DNA from: a virus
Lineage: Duplodnaviria > Caudoviricetes
Virus record (IMG/VR): IMGVR_UViG_3300004153_000002
Coordinates: 1 to 54,268 of that record
Strand: one strand, 5' to 3'
DNA: 54,268 bases
Of the stretch, positions 27,830-37,300 are shown in pieces. The position numbers and the translations under genes are program-made. Below the pieces are notes generated by a model that saw only the letters and a program-made list of their open reading frames with translations, searched no databases and was not told the DNA's origin. Each line of letters starts with the position of its first letter. The stretch's first letter is position 1.

Positions 27830-28180
27830 ATGAAAAAGTTATTCTTCCTTTTTGCACTGATCCTTTCCTTTGTTACTTCATTTGCTGGACCTGTTCAACC
27901 TGCAAAGCCTTGTTATGATGACGCTGTGATCCCTTCATATGCTCGTTGTTTTTATGTCACTTTCGAAGTGGTTTGTTGTGATGGGATTAAGCGTTCTGGA
28001 TATTTAGGAAGCAATGTTGCTTCAGGGGTACCGTCTGAAGCCAGTTTAAAGAACTCAATCGGTATGCAGCTTCACGCTATCCCTAACAATGTGGTTATCA
28101 AATTGAGGACAAATATATCTACAGCTGATTATCGTGATATGTTCGCCGGTCAGTATGGTAAAGTGATTGTTCACAAATAG
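27830..28180 (+). CDS. Exported small Cys-containing protein
   Basis: Signal peptide MKKLFFLFALILSFVTSFA. Confidence 0.7.
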   Translation: MKKLFFLFALILSFVTSFAGPVQPAKPCYDDAVIPSYARCFYVTFEVVCCDGIKRSGYLGSNVASGVPSEASLKNSIGMQLHAIPNNVVIKLRTNISTADYRDMFAGQYGKVIVHK

Positions 28181-28264
28181 ATTAAACTCCCCGCAGCGAT
28201 AAACGGATATAATAAGTGAAATAAAATACCCGCCCGGCTAATAACCGGGCATAAAATAAAACTC

Positions 28265-28627
28265 ATGAACTACGAAGAAAACGTACGCAAGGTGGCTGAA
28301 TAAATAGCAAAAGATCACTGGGATAAGGTGTTGAGTAACTTTTATAAAGAATCAAATTATCTTGAATGGCTGCAACAGCAAATGCCCCATTTCGAGTCAG
28401 CTGCCCGTATCGCTGTTGCTCACATTGATGAAGAATTAATCTTCCTATTGGACTATTTCTTAGGCCCGAATTATTCTAGCGAAGATTTGAATAATTACAA
28501 GCTGCAACGCGGCCTTATCCCTGCTCCGGAATGCAAGCATGAACACCTTATAGACATACCACGCGGCAAGAATGGGGGAAGATACGGGCCGCGCTGTAAG
28601 GATTGTGGAGTATTTGTACAGTGCTAA
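28265..28627 (+). pseudogene. Zn-finger protein interrupted by in-frame TAA at 28301-28303 (or truncated CDS from GTG 28328)
   Basis: MNYEENVRKVAE*IAKDHWDKVLSNF... in frame with ORF 28328-28627. Confidence 0.5.
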
Positions 28628-28652
28628 TTAACTCACCATCAAACGAACAGGA

Positions 28653-28901
28653 ATGACGTTAACCATAAGATTTGATGACCAATCTATAAGTTACGCACAT
28701 GGGGTTGAATTTGGCCGTATGCTTGCAAAAATGGAAAGTAAAATGCCAGTTGTAAGCAATGGGCTCTTCCCTGTAAGAGAAGAGAACCTAAACGTGCTTA
28801 TATCAGCGTGTAAGGAATATGGGTATGAATACAGCCAAACCAGGAGCCTTGTAGATGGTTGGATTGAGTTTGTCGCAACATATCGATTAATAGTTAATTA
28901 A
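28653..28901 (+). CDS. Hypothetical protein
   Basis: Between two 32-bp direct repeats. Confidence 0.65.
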   Translation: MTLTIRFDDQSISYAHGVEFGRMLAKMESKMPVVSNGLFPVREENLNVLISACKEYGYEYSQTRSLVDGWIEFVATYRLIVN

Positions 28902-28922
28902 CTCACTATTAAACGTACAGAA

Positions 28923-29171
28923 ATGAAAGCAATCCTCTTTGAGGAAAGATGCGGCGTTAAAGTGATTCGCTGTGAAAGATGCGGTGCAAGTATCAATCCT
29001 AAAAAGATTAAAACGTTAGAGTTATCTCTTACAGATGGTAATTACTACGTTGTGTTACCAAAAGGGCATGAATCGCAAGGCGGCTTTAACTTTGGCACTA
29101 CATGCGCAACGGCCCAAATAAAAGAAACTATAGAGAACCTTAAAACCGCCCCGGCGAACCGGGATAAGTAA
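28923..29171 (+). CDS. Small Cys-containing protein
   Basis: CERC...FGTTCA. Confidence 0.65.
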   Translation: MKAILFEERCGVKVIRCERCGASINPKKIKTLELSLTDGNYYVVLPKGHESQGGFNFGTTCATAQIKETIENLKTAPANRDK

Positions 29172-29173
29172 GT

Positions 29174-29359
29174 ATGAAACAAGAATTATCATTTGAACAA
29201 TGGATGAACGAGGTATTGACCATTGGTATTAAATTGGGCCTATTTCATGATGAAACAACCTTCCCGGATGTGGATACTGATGCGCTCAGAGAAATTTACT
29301 ACGATGATGGGTATTCCCCGGAAGACGCAGTACACGAAGAATTAACCGCTGATCAATAA
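29174..29359 (+). CDS. Small acidic protein
   Basis: SFEQW...YYDDGYSPEDAV. Confidence 0.65.
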   Translation: MKQELSFEQWMNEVLTIGIKLGLFHDETTFPDVDTDALREIYYDDGYSPEDAVHEELTADQ

Positions 29360-29369
29360 AACGCAGAAC

Positions 29370-29573
29370 ATGGAACAGATACAGCAACATGAGTGGGTGA
29401 GAAAACCCGGAACTGAAACTTTTAGTGTTTGTTCCCTATGTGAATGCGTCAGACTGGACGGTGATCTTATCTCAGATCATACGTATAGAGCTAAAGGAGG
29501 GAAGTTTCAATATGAGCAACCCGCATGCATCCCCAGAACAATAAACGCCCCGCTGCGTCAAGCGGATAAATAG
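29370..29573 (+). CDS. Small Zn-finger-like protein
   Basis: HEW...CSLCEC...PAC. Confidence 0.6.
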   Translation: MEQIQQHEWVRKPGTETFSVCSLCECVRLDGDLISDHTYRAKGGKFQYEQPACIPRTINAPLRQADK

Positions 29574-29575
29574 AT

Positions 29576-30706
29576 ATGGCAAAAGAAAAGTTTGAAGACA
29601 GGCGCCTGACCGGTACGATAAATGTGGCATGTAAATATGACGACGGAAACGTTCGCTACTGGACCGCTGACAAAGCTGAAGTGGTTGCGCATATTGTATC
29701 AATAGTAAATACTTACAGCCGTAAAGGCTACGTACTTACTTTGCGGCAACTTCATTACCAGTTAGTTTCCCGCAACTGGATCATCAACCATGATACAGCA
29801 TATAAGAAATTAGGATCTATCCTGGACGATTGCAGATATGCCGGTGTTATAGACTGGTCAGCGATAGAAGACCGTGGTCGTGTACCTTACCTGCCATACT
29901 ACGCAGATGATGCAGCAGACGCCGTGGAAGACATCACAGCGTCGTTCAGGATCAATAGACAGGAAGGACAAACCAACTACGTTGAGTTATGGACTGAAAA
30001 AGATGCCCTTTCCGGTATATTAAAACGCACTACGCAGAAATACCACGTACAGCTGGTCGTCAACAAAGGGTACACATCAAGTAGCGCCATTTACGGTGCT
30101 TATGAACGGGTAGTTGAAAGAATACTTAATGGCCAGAAAGTCAACATCCTTTATTTTGGTGATCATGATCCATCAGGACTGGACATGATACGCGATATCC
30201 GTGACCGCCTTAGTTTCTTCCTATCACGTGGTGATACCTTGCGGGCAAGTGAACGTTTTAACTCACTAGTTGAAGACTGGTGGATCAACAGCGGTAATGA
30301 CATTTACGACCTGGTGAGCATGAAGTTTTGTGAAGAAAAGGTGCTGAAGTTAATGAACGATGATGACAATGAAGGTTTATTCGATGACTTCAATGCCGGT
30401 AAGGTCGCTTATTATCTGTTCGATAATGAACTGTTCACCGTCCGTGCAATAGGGCTGACTATGGACCAGATCGAAGAACACCTTTTACCGCCCAATCCAA
30501 CGAAGATGACCGATAGCCGTGCAGCGAACTATGTTAAGGAGTTCGGCCGTACCTGTTGGGAAGTAGATGCGCTCAATCCTGAAACGTTAACTGAAATTGT
30601 TGAATACAATATCACCCAACAGATCAACATGGATGTTTATCAGAATGCGCTGGACCGTGAAGCAATGGAGAAACAAAAATTGATTGATTTTAAAAACCAA
30701 CTCTGA
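29576..30706 (+). CDS. Spo11/Topo VI-A-like (JetD-like) TOPRIM protein
   Basis: LTLRQLHYQL winged-helix motif, VELWTEKDAL, YFGDHDPSG, EVDAL. Confidence 0.75.
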   Translation: MAKEKFEDRRLTGTINVACKYDDGNVRYWTADKAEVVAHIVSIVNTYSRKGYVLTLRQLHYQLVSRNWIINHDTAYKKLGSILDDCRYAGVIDWSAIEDRGRVPYLPYYADDAADAVEDITASFRINRQEGQTNYVELWTEKDALSGILKRTTQKYHVQLVVNKGYTSSSAIYGAYERVVERILNGQKVNILYFGDHDPSGLDMIRDIRDRLSFFLSRGDTLRASERFNSLVEDWWINSGNDIYDLVSMKFCEEKVLKLMNDDDNEGLFDDFNAGKVAYYLFDNELFTVRAIGLTMDQIEEHLLPPNPTKMTDSRAANYVKEFGRTCWEVDALNPETLTEIVEYNITQQINMDVYQNALDREAMEKQKLIDFKNQL

Positions 30707-31014
30707 TGATCACAAAAGAAACCTGTGTTAAAATATGGAATGCCTGGAATGAGATTGAAAAGTCTGAACAGTTAATTAAGGATATGGCTGAAAGACTAAG
30801 TGAAGACGAAGCAAAGAATCCGCCGACCCTATATAACGCTTTTGGCGACAAAAAAGGTCTACAGTTGGGTGTACCATCTGGAAAGGATAGTCATCAGATA
30901 TTTGGTGTTAGCATTGAATTGGGAGTTCAGGTAATAGAAGCGCACATCGAAAAAAATAAAAAACGTCTGGAAGAACTGAAGGCAATCGCTAAAATTGAAC
31001 TAAAAGGCAAATAA
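30706..31014 (+). CDS. Hypothetical coiled-coil protein
   Basis: TGATG coupled. Confidence 0.7.
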   Translation: MITKETCVKIWNAWNEIEKSEQLIKDMAERLSEDEAKNPPTLYNAFGDKKGLQLGVPSGKDSHQIFGVSIELGVQVIEAHIEKNKKRLEELKAIAKIELKGK

Positions 31015-31535
31015 TGAAACAGCTATACCCGAATTTTCAAAATGGCTGGACGGTGTGGCATCCATCCTATAAAAGCAGTACTGTACACAAAGCATATCAA
31101 TATAAGGATGGTGGCGAAATATTCACTTTTGTTCATCATACAAATGATGGCAAACCGTTCGTGTATCACACTGGTGACTGTGAAGGTGCAGACGTTGTAT
31201 ACATGGAGTTTCTGAAGGATGGCGATATGATTCTGACTACAGACGGCGTTTATGAAATTGGCTACCAGGTGATGTCAGTTGAATGGTTCATGATATATTA
31301 CACTAACGAACAGCCTAAATATGGTGCCGAACCTACTATGAAGGCTCTTAATGAAATGGCAGCATCAGCACCGTTTGTTACACGTAAACAGGACGTCTTT
31401 GAAAATGAAGGTGGATTTGTTACAGTTAGATCAAATACGTTTGACGCTTCAGGCGGATGTTACTATCCGACAACAGAAAAGAAAAGTTCATGGCTCACAA
31501 GGCTGTGGCGATTTATAACATCTAAATTTAAATAA
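31014..31535 (+). CDS. Hypothetical protein
   Basis: TAATG coupled. Confidence 0.7.
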   Translation: MKQLYPNFQNGWTVWHPSYKSSTVHKAYQYKDGGEIFTFVHHTNDGKPFVYHTGDCEGADVVYMEFLKDGDMILTTDGVYEIGYQVMSVEWFMIYYTNEQPKYGAEPTMKALNEMAASAPFVTRKQDVFENEGGFVTVRSNTFDASGGCYYPTTEKKSSWLTRLWRFITSKFK

Positions 31536-32173
31536 TGCAAGCAATCGAACATTACAACCGGAATTTCACATTCGGCACCGCAGTCGGCATGACTGAAGAC
31601 GAATGTCACGCACTGCACGTCCAGAAAGGACAGCTTCAGTTTGGCCCTGACGGCAATAAATTCCCGGTGATCTTATCCGGGTGGAGGCTGACACCTGAAG
31701 AACTGAAGATCATCGCTGAAACAGGCATTATATGGCTGTCTATCTGCGGTGAAGGCATGCCACCTGTTAGCCTATATGCGGAAAACCCATTGTTTCCAGT
31801 TGGGATGGTTTACAATAATGGTAAGGAATCATGGACACATGGCGACATTGAAGAGCATGACCACATCAGTGTACGTGTATTGGGGCCATGCCCAACATGT
31901 GGCGGTAAAACAATTGCGTCACCATTGGATGATAAAGCCCCGTGGCGTTGTCTGGATAACACCTGCTTAGATCAGCGGCCCGCTCACAATCCGAAAGGGC
32001 TTTTATATCCGTGGTGGTGGAATAAAGGTATCCAGGTATGGCCCGAAGGGAATGCGTGGGTGGCGTTGGACGAAACCTTCGTGGATCTTCAGCAGTCAGT
32101 ATGCGGATTCGGTACAACACCAGCAGGAGCAGCAATAGCCTATTCGGTTGAAAAGGCAAAATCAAGTAAATAG
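31535..32173 (+). CDS. Composite hypothetical protein with central Zn-ribbon
   Basis: WRLTPEEL..PPV block, CPTC...CLDNTC, GNAWVAL..LQ..GFG block. Confidence 0.7.
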   Translation: MQAIEHYNRNFTFGTAVGMTEDECHALHVQKGQLQFGPDGNKFPVILSGWRLTPEELKIIAETGIIWLSICGEGMPPVSLYAENPLFPVGMVYNNGKESWTHGDIEEHDHISVRVLGPCPTCGGKTIASPLDDKAPWRCLDNTCLDQRPAHNPKGLLYPWWWNKGIQVWPEGNAWVALDETFVDLQQSVCGFGTTPAGAAIAYSVEKAKSSK

Positions 32174-32195
32174 AGAAACATTTTAATATAATAGT

Positions 32196-32228
32196 AAAAT
32201 ACCCGTCGTAACTGACGGGTATTTTTTT
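32196..32228 (+). terminator. Intrinsic terminator closing the accessory island
   Basis: AAAATACCCGTC/GACGGGTATTTT plus T-run. Confidence 0.85.
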
Positions 32229-32251
32229 GTATTTTATAAAATTTAGATATT

Positions 32252-32259
32252 TACCTTTG
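32252..32259 (+). promoter_or_regulatory. -7 box (TACCTTTG) for the capsid operon, no operator
   Basis: Exact TAnnTTTG just upstream of scaffold ATG. Confidence 0.6.
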
Positions 32260-32275
32260 CGAAAAATACAGTTAT

Positions 32276-32983
32276 ATGGCTCACAAAGACAAAATCCTTG
32301 CAAATTTGAAGGGTAAACACCCAAAGGTGCAGGCGAGTGTTCTTGAATTTATCGTTAACAAATTAGACCCAAAGGTCACTACGGAAGAAGATGTGGAAAC
32401 CGTCATCAAGGCTTTCGAAGATGGACCAATTACCGTGGCAGACATTGCCGCCCAAATCGGTAAAGAAGGGGATAAAAGAGTTAGCGAAGCATTGAAGAAA
32501 AAGGAAGACCCGAAGGCTGACCCCAAAGCTGACCCGAAGGCTGACCCCAAAGCCGACCCCAAAGCGGACCCGAAGGAAGACAACAATCCCGATCCTTTGG
32601 CACAAGTCCTGAAAGAACTGCAAGGCATGAAGGCTGAAATAACCAGCCTGAAGACCGAAAAAACAGTTAGTTCAGCGACAGAAAAATTGCTTGCACGTGC
32701 GAAAACTGAAAAGATCCCTGCACACCTATTACCATCCATCGCAACTGAAGATGAAATCGACGCTGCGATTGAAACCGGTAAAACAAGGTTAGGGGAAGTA
32801 AAACAGGAACTTGCGAACGACGGCTTTGGCCAGGTAACACCGCCAGGTGGCAGCAATGTTGTCGCCAAAGGTGCGGACGGAAAAGTTGACCCGAAGGCTG
32901 TAGCGGCTGACATCACTGGATTTGTGAACAAAACATTGACTGCACAAGGTAAACCACCAGTAGTAACCGAAGTAAAACAATAA
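32276..32983 (+). CDS. Head scaffolding protein
   Basis: Position before MCP; GDKRVSEA; coiled coil; DPKA repeats. Confidence 0.75.
   Translation: MAHKDKILANLKGKHPKVQASVLEFIVNKLDPKVTTEEDVETVIKAFEDGPITVADIAAQIGKEGDKRVSEALKKKEDPKADPKADPKADPKADPKADPKEDNNPDPLAQVLKELQGMKAEITSLKTEKTVSSATEKLLARAKTEKIPAHLLPSIATEDEIDAAIETGKTRLGEVKQELANDGFGQVTPPGGSNVVAKGADGKVDPKAVAADITGFVNKTLTAQGKPPVVTEVKQ
32507..32578 (+). repeat. 12-bp coding tandem repeat x6 (DPKA)
   Basis: GACCC(G/C)AA(G/A)GCN units. Confidence 0.9.
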
Positions 32984-32987
32984 TTAC

Positions 32988-33575
32988 ATGAAACAACCAA
33001 CACGCGAAATCATCAGTTCAGGTAACACGGTATGGAAAAGGGTTGACCATACTGAAACCGGCGGCTTTACGCTGGATACAACTAACCTTCCTATAGGTAG
33101 TTATATCCGTGCTGGTGCCATGATGACTTTCGATGCTTCAACCCGAATGGCTACCGTCATTCCTTCAGCTGTTTTAGCTGAATCAGCGGCCAACAATGCT
33201 ACAGTGTATCGTGTAGCAAAAGGCTCTATCTTTACCGTAGGTAAGAACATGGCCGCTACTGTCGGTGGTACCTCTTATCCTATTACAGCTATCGACACCA
33301 CAGGTTCTTCCAGCTATGACAGTGTAACCCTTTCTACCACGTTAGGTGTGGCGCTGGCTGCTGGCGCGTCTCTTTTCCTTTCTAATGCGGCCGGACCTGC
33401 TGCGGGTGCTTATACAGGCACAGTAAAAGGTTTGCTTCACGATGACACGTTAATTGACAAAGGCACAGCTGTCGATGTGGTAACGCATGGCGTTATTTAT
33501 GCCCGGCGTGCTCCCGGAGTGCCCACCAGTGTTAGAACCCTGTTACCGCTGATTATCTTTTCCGAATCCTTCTAA
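32988..33575 (+). CDS. Head decoration protein
   Basis: Between scaffold and MCP; GGFTLD; Ala/Thr/Gly-rich. Confidence 0.65.
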   Translation: MKQPTREIISSGNTVWKRVDHTETGGFTLDTTNLPIGSYIRAGAMMTFDASTRMATVIPSAVLAESAANNATVYRVAKGSIFTVGKNMAATVGGTSYPITAIDTTGSSSYDSVTLSTTLGVALAAGASLFLSNAAGPAAGAYTGTVKGLLHDDTLIDKGTAVDVVTHGVIYARRAPGVPTSVRTLLPLIIFSESF

Positions 33576-33636
33576 GGCTTGGAAAAGTCAGTCAAAGGCT
33601 TTTAAACACATTACAAACCTTTAATTCAAATAGAAA

Positions 33637-34719
33637 ATGGCAGAATTATCAATCTTAGAACCATACACAAGCCAGCTACAAGTGGTCGTTGACAACGCGC
33701 TTGGGTTGTTCGCTCCGACCTGGTTCGAAAAATACTTCACCATCGACAGCAAACAGGCTACGTTAGATTATGAAACGGTAATTGGCCGTCAGCGTATCGA
33801 AGCAGCGGCAACTGTGGCGTCCCGTGATGGTGAAACGCCTTTACGCGCAAGGCCAGGACTGGAAAAGCTGAAAGGCGAAATCCCTGTTCTGAAGGAAATG
33901 TTTACCATGTCTGAAAAAGACTTCCGTAATTGGGAGATCCTGAAGGCATTAACCACAAACGACGCTGCGAAGAAAGACGCGATGCTGAAGTTGCTATTTG
34001 ATGATCTGACAAAGGCTGGTAACTCAGTAATGAAGCGTATGGACATTTTCTGTCTTCAGGGTATTTCCACAGGCCAAATTTCTTTGGATGTGGCAATCAA
34101 CCCGGATGGTGTTGTATGGGTTGACCCTATCGACCTGCTGGCACCGGATGCGAACTTCTTCGATTCTGCTGTTAGTTGGGCAGACAACGTGAATGCCGAT
34201 CCGTTCGAAGACATTTTGACTGTTGTTACTGCTGCTACTGCTTCCGGTAAATACTTCTCAAAAATGTTGATCAGCCAGAACATATGGATGAAGTTAATGC
34301 GGAGCCAGAAACTTATCAGCTTAATTGCTGCTTTTTCTGGTCAGCGTGATATCACCAATATGCGTCCGACGCTGAAGAACGTGAACGACTACCTGACAGA
34401 ACAGGCATGGCCTGTTTTTGAAGTGGTTGAACAGATCATAGGTATAGAAAAAGACGGCAAGGTTGGTACGATCAAACCATTTAATCAGAACAATGTTGCC
34501 TTCGTCCCTGCTGGCATCTTAGGTACCATCAAGCAGGCGATTGCTATCGAAGAAATTCGAAAAGTCGAAAAAGTGGCTTACGCTGACTTTAAAGGTGCAT
34601 TACTTTCCAAGTGGGCGCAGAACGAACCGTTCCGTGAATACACGAAGGTAGAGTGGAACGCCTTCCCGTCTTTCGATGCTATCGACAACATCTACTATCT
34701 GACCGCAATCCACGCATAA
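33637..34719 (+). CDS. Major capsid protein (HK97 fold, lambda E-like)
   Basis: Size, position, TPLRAR, GEIP, FVPAG, C-terminal P..AID. Confidence 0.85.
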   Translation: MAELSILEPYTSQLQVVVDNALGLFAPTWFEKYFTIDSKQATLDYETVIGRQRIEAAATVASRDGETPLRARPGLEKLKGEIPVLKEMFTMSEKDFRNWEILKALTTNDAAKKDAMLKLLFDDLTKAGNSVMKRMDIFCLQGISTGQISLDVAINPDGVVWVDPIDLLAPDANFFDSAVSWADNVNADPFEDILTVVTAATASGKYFSKMLISQNIWMKLMRSQKLISLIAAFSGQRDITNMRPTLKNVNDYLTEQAWPVFEVVEQIIGIEKDGKVGTIKPFNQNNVAFVPAGILGTIKQAIAIEEIRKVEKVAYADFKGALLSKWAQNEPFREYTKVEWNAFPSFDAIDNIYYLTAIHA

Positions 34720-35042
34720 TGAACGCGAAGGAATATTTATCTGCACAACTGGCCAGATTTGGCATTGAAGATCAGGACATTGATTTGATCCTGTTGGATA
34801 ATGGCATTGATCCTGGCTTCGTTGTGTCCGGTAAGCCTGAAACTATCGTCATGAAAACGGCGATGTTTCAGGCTTTGCCATCTATGATGGCCGGATTAGT
34901 TGACATCACGGAAGGTGGTTATTCACGCAAGTGGAATACCACGGCTTTGAAACTTTGGCTGACTTCACTGGCTTCACAAATAGGGATACAAGATCCCTTC
35001 ACTGAACCACCCGCGAACATCACCGGTAAAAGTATGTGGTAA
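34719..35042 (+). CDS. Head-tail adaptor
   Basis: TAATG-coupled to MCP; ITEGGYSRKW. Confidence 0.7.
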   Translation: MNAKEYLSAQLARFGIEDQDIDLILLDNGIDPGFVVSGKPETIVMKTAMFQALPSMMAGLVDITEGGYSRKWNTTALKLWLTSLASQIGIQDPFTEPPANITGKSMW

Positions 35043-35371
35043 TGATAGATGTAGTTCAATATCCGCACACGCTGACCGCGAAAATTATCGGACCTGGTAC
35101 AAAAGACGCTATGGGAAATCCCATTCCCGGCACCGAAACCAGCAGGGTTCAGAAATGTAGGGCTGAAGCGCCGAACGTGAAAACAGAGCCAATAAAAAAC
35201 AATGACGGGGAATCATTGGATTTTAGCTGGATTGTCTACATGCCTTTTGGTGTTGCCAAACTTGCTGAAGGAACTGAAGTTTCAATCACTGACAAAGATG
35301 GTTCTTTGTTTTGTTCAGGGACGGTTAAACGTTTTTATAACGGTCAGTTAAACACGCGCTTGTGGCTTTAA
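35042..35371 (+). CDS. Head closure protein
   Basis: QYPHTL...DAMGNPI...CRAE; synteny. Confidence 0.65.
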   Translation: MIDVVQYPHTLTAKIIGPGTKDAMGNPIPGTETSRVQKCRAEAPNVKTEPIKNNDGESLDFSWIVYMPFGVAKLAEGTEVSITDKDGSLFCSGTVKRFYNGQLNTRLWL

Positions 35372-35898
35372 ACAATTTTCGCCCGCAATTCACTAACGAA
35401 CAGCTACGCGCTGTTCTTCGTGAAAAAATGGAGATCATAAAGGTCGCATTAATTGCAGAAATGGAATATGCAGGCGAACAGGGTATAAGTGAAGCGCGTG
35501 ATCCGTCGGACGAAGAAAAGAATTACACCGACCGTACAAGTAATTTACGCAAGTCAACCGGTTACTTCATTTTTGATAACAACCTTGTGGTTCAGGGTAA
35601 TTTTCAGGAAGATGACGCGGCCGGTGGCCGTTTCTCCCGTGGAAAGCCTAACCGAAGAAATCAAAAAAGGAAGAACGCCACGACGGGCGCTAATGTCGGT
35701 CGCCAGAAGGCGCATGTCATTGCAAACGAATATCCAACAGGGCTGACGTTTGTAATGGTTGCCGGTATGATTTACGGGGTATATGTTGAAGCAAAAGGTT
35801 ACAATGTGCTGACGCCTGCTAGTTTGATTGCGGAAACAAATATTAAAAAGCAATTCGCCCGCTTAGTGAACCGAATAAACAAAAAAGCAAGACAATGA
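35362..35898 (+). CDS. Neck protein (HK97 gp10-like)
   Basis: YTDRTSNLRKS, VAGMIYGVYVEAKGYNVL. Confidence 0.75.
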   Translation: MALNNFRPQFTNEQLRAVLREKMEIIKVALIAEMEYAGEQGISEARDPSDEEKNYTDRTSNLRKSTGYFIFDNNLVVQGNFQEDDAAGGRFSRGKPNRRNQKRKNATTGANVGRQKAHVIANEYPTGLTFVMVAGMIYGVYVEAKGYNVLTPASLIAETNIKKQFARLVNRINKKARQ

Positions 35899-36305
35899 TC
35901 ACCCCTTTTAAATTGATGGACATAGTTTATACTGCTGTTAAAAATAGTTCGCTGGCCACTGAAGTGACTGGCGATATCTATAAATTAAACCGTCCTTTTG
36001 ATTCTAAAACGGAAGACATCATCATCAACACTTTAACTGTAGGTAACCAAGCGGTTCAAACTGGTATTGTAAATGTGAATATCCATGTTAAAAACGTTTT
36101 ATTGGGGAACGGATCTAACCAGGACAACACACATGCAGACTTTCCGCGTATGGATCAACTAACAGAGTTATTCCGCCCTGTTCTTAACGGCGTTTATATC
36201 GATCAGGTTTGGTTTGAGATACAAAACATTAATATCATCCCCGAAGAAAATATTCCTGAACATTTCATAAACTTCAGGATAGTTTTTTTCACCAAAAACG
36301 TTTAA
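35895..36305 (+). CDS. Tail terminator
   Basis: Synteny; RP..S..EDIIIN..VNVNIHV. Confidence 0.65.
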   Translation: MITPFKLMDIVYTAVKNSSLATEVTGDIYKLNRPFDSKTEDIIINTLTVGNQAVQTGIVNVNIHVKNVLLGNGSNQDNTHADFPRMDQLTELFRPVLNGVYIDQVWFEIQNINIIPEENIPEHFINFRIVFFTKNV

Positions 36306-36308
36306 TAT

Positions 36309-36818
36309 ATGGGTACTACGTCAATAGGTTTGGCGCAATTAAGAATGGGAGCCGTGGCCAACGATGGCGGGATGGGTACTGCATTAACAGTGCTCAGTTC
36401 TACCGTTGTTGATACTGCAGTCCTAACTAATGAAGCGCCAACGGAAACGGATTTTCCTATTGAAGAACAGGACGATCCTATTTACAGCACCTCAGTTGCC
36501 GGTAAGCGCACTATCGCATGGAGTACGTATGATGTTACGCCGGATGCGCTGGTTCGTGTTTTAGGCGGTACAGTAACCGTAGATGGTTCTGGTAACAATG
36601 TGTACAATGCTCCGATCAATACGCCACAGCTTTACGTATCAATCGAACTGACTACTTTAGAAGGTGACGTGGTGCGTCTGGTTAAGGTGAAGATCAATTC
36701 TGTGATAGAATGGAACTTCCAGAAATCAAAGCTGGCACAGGTGAATATCACCGGAACGATACTGAAGCCTGACAAGGCCAATACGCCGCCGTTGACTATC
36801 ACTAAAAAGGCCCTGTAA
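36309..36818 (+). CDS. Major tail tube protein
   Basis: Synteny, size, EEQDDP. Confidence 0.75.
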   Translation: MGTTSIGLAQLRMGAVANDGGMGTALTVLSSTVVDTAVLTNEAPTETDFPIEEQDDPIYSTSVAGKRTIAWSTYDVTPDALVRVLGGTVTVDGSGNNVYNAPINTPQLYVSIELTTLEGDVVRLVKVKINSVIEWNFQKSKLAQVNITGTILKPDKANTPPLTITKKAL

Positions 36819-37300
36819 TGAATGAAGATAAAAAAAAGGTGTTCGCAGATGTTGCGGACACCTTAACAGACAAACCTACCATCCTACGTGTAGATATTTT
36901 ATACCCGAACAGGCTGCAAAGATTTTTAATGTTTTTTAGGCTAATGAAGCGATACAAGACATTTAAAATTTATGCAGCCTGTATGGCTTCCATGATCAGG
37001 ATCAGCAAATTGCTATTAGACATCGATCCTGAATGTTTCAAAGAAAAAGACAGTTTCCTTCGTGCGAACTGGCAGGTAATGAATGATAGTGGTCGGGCCT
37101 TGTGTGAGGTAATCGCCATTGCAATAAAAAACAAAGAAGAAGAGCCGACCGAACAGGAAATTCTTTTCTTTTTAAATAATCTTACGGCCGCAGAGGTTAA
37201 AGGGATTCTGAATATCATATTGCATAAGATCAACGTACAGGATTTTATGTTCTCTATAGTGTCGGTAACCGGCATGAATCTAATCAACCCGAAGGGATAA
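36818..37300 (+). CDS. Tail assembly chaperone (gpG-like)
   Basis: Between tube and tape measure genes. Confidence 0.75.
   Translation: MNEDKKKVFADVADTLTDKPTILRVDILYPNRLQRFLMFFRLMKRYKTFKIYAACMASMIRISKLLLDIDPECFKEKDSFLRANWQVMNDSGRALCEVIAIAIKNKEEEPTEQEILFFLNNLTAAEVKGILNIILHKINVQDFMFSIVSVTGMNLINPKG

Noticed and set aside
32507-32578. DPKA tandem repeat as a special element
   Set aside because: Low-complexity linkers are common in scaffold proteins
32281-33003. 240-aa minus-strand ORF and the other minus-strand ORFs
   Set aside because: Antisense shadows of well-supported plus-strand genes, with no promoters or motifs
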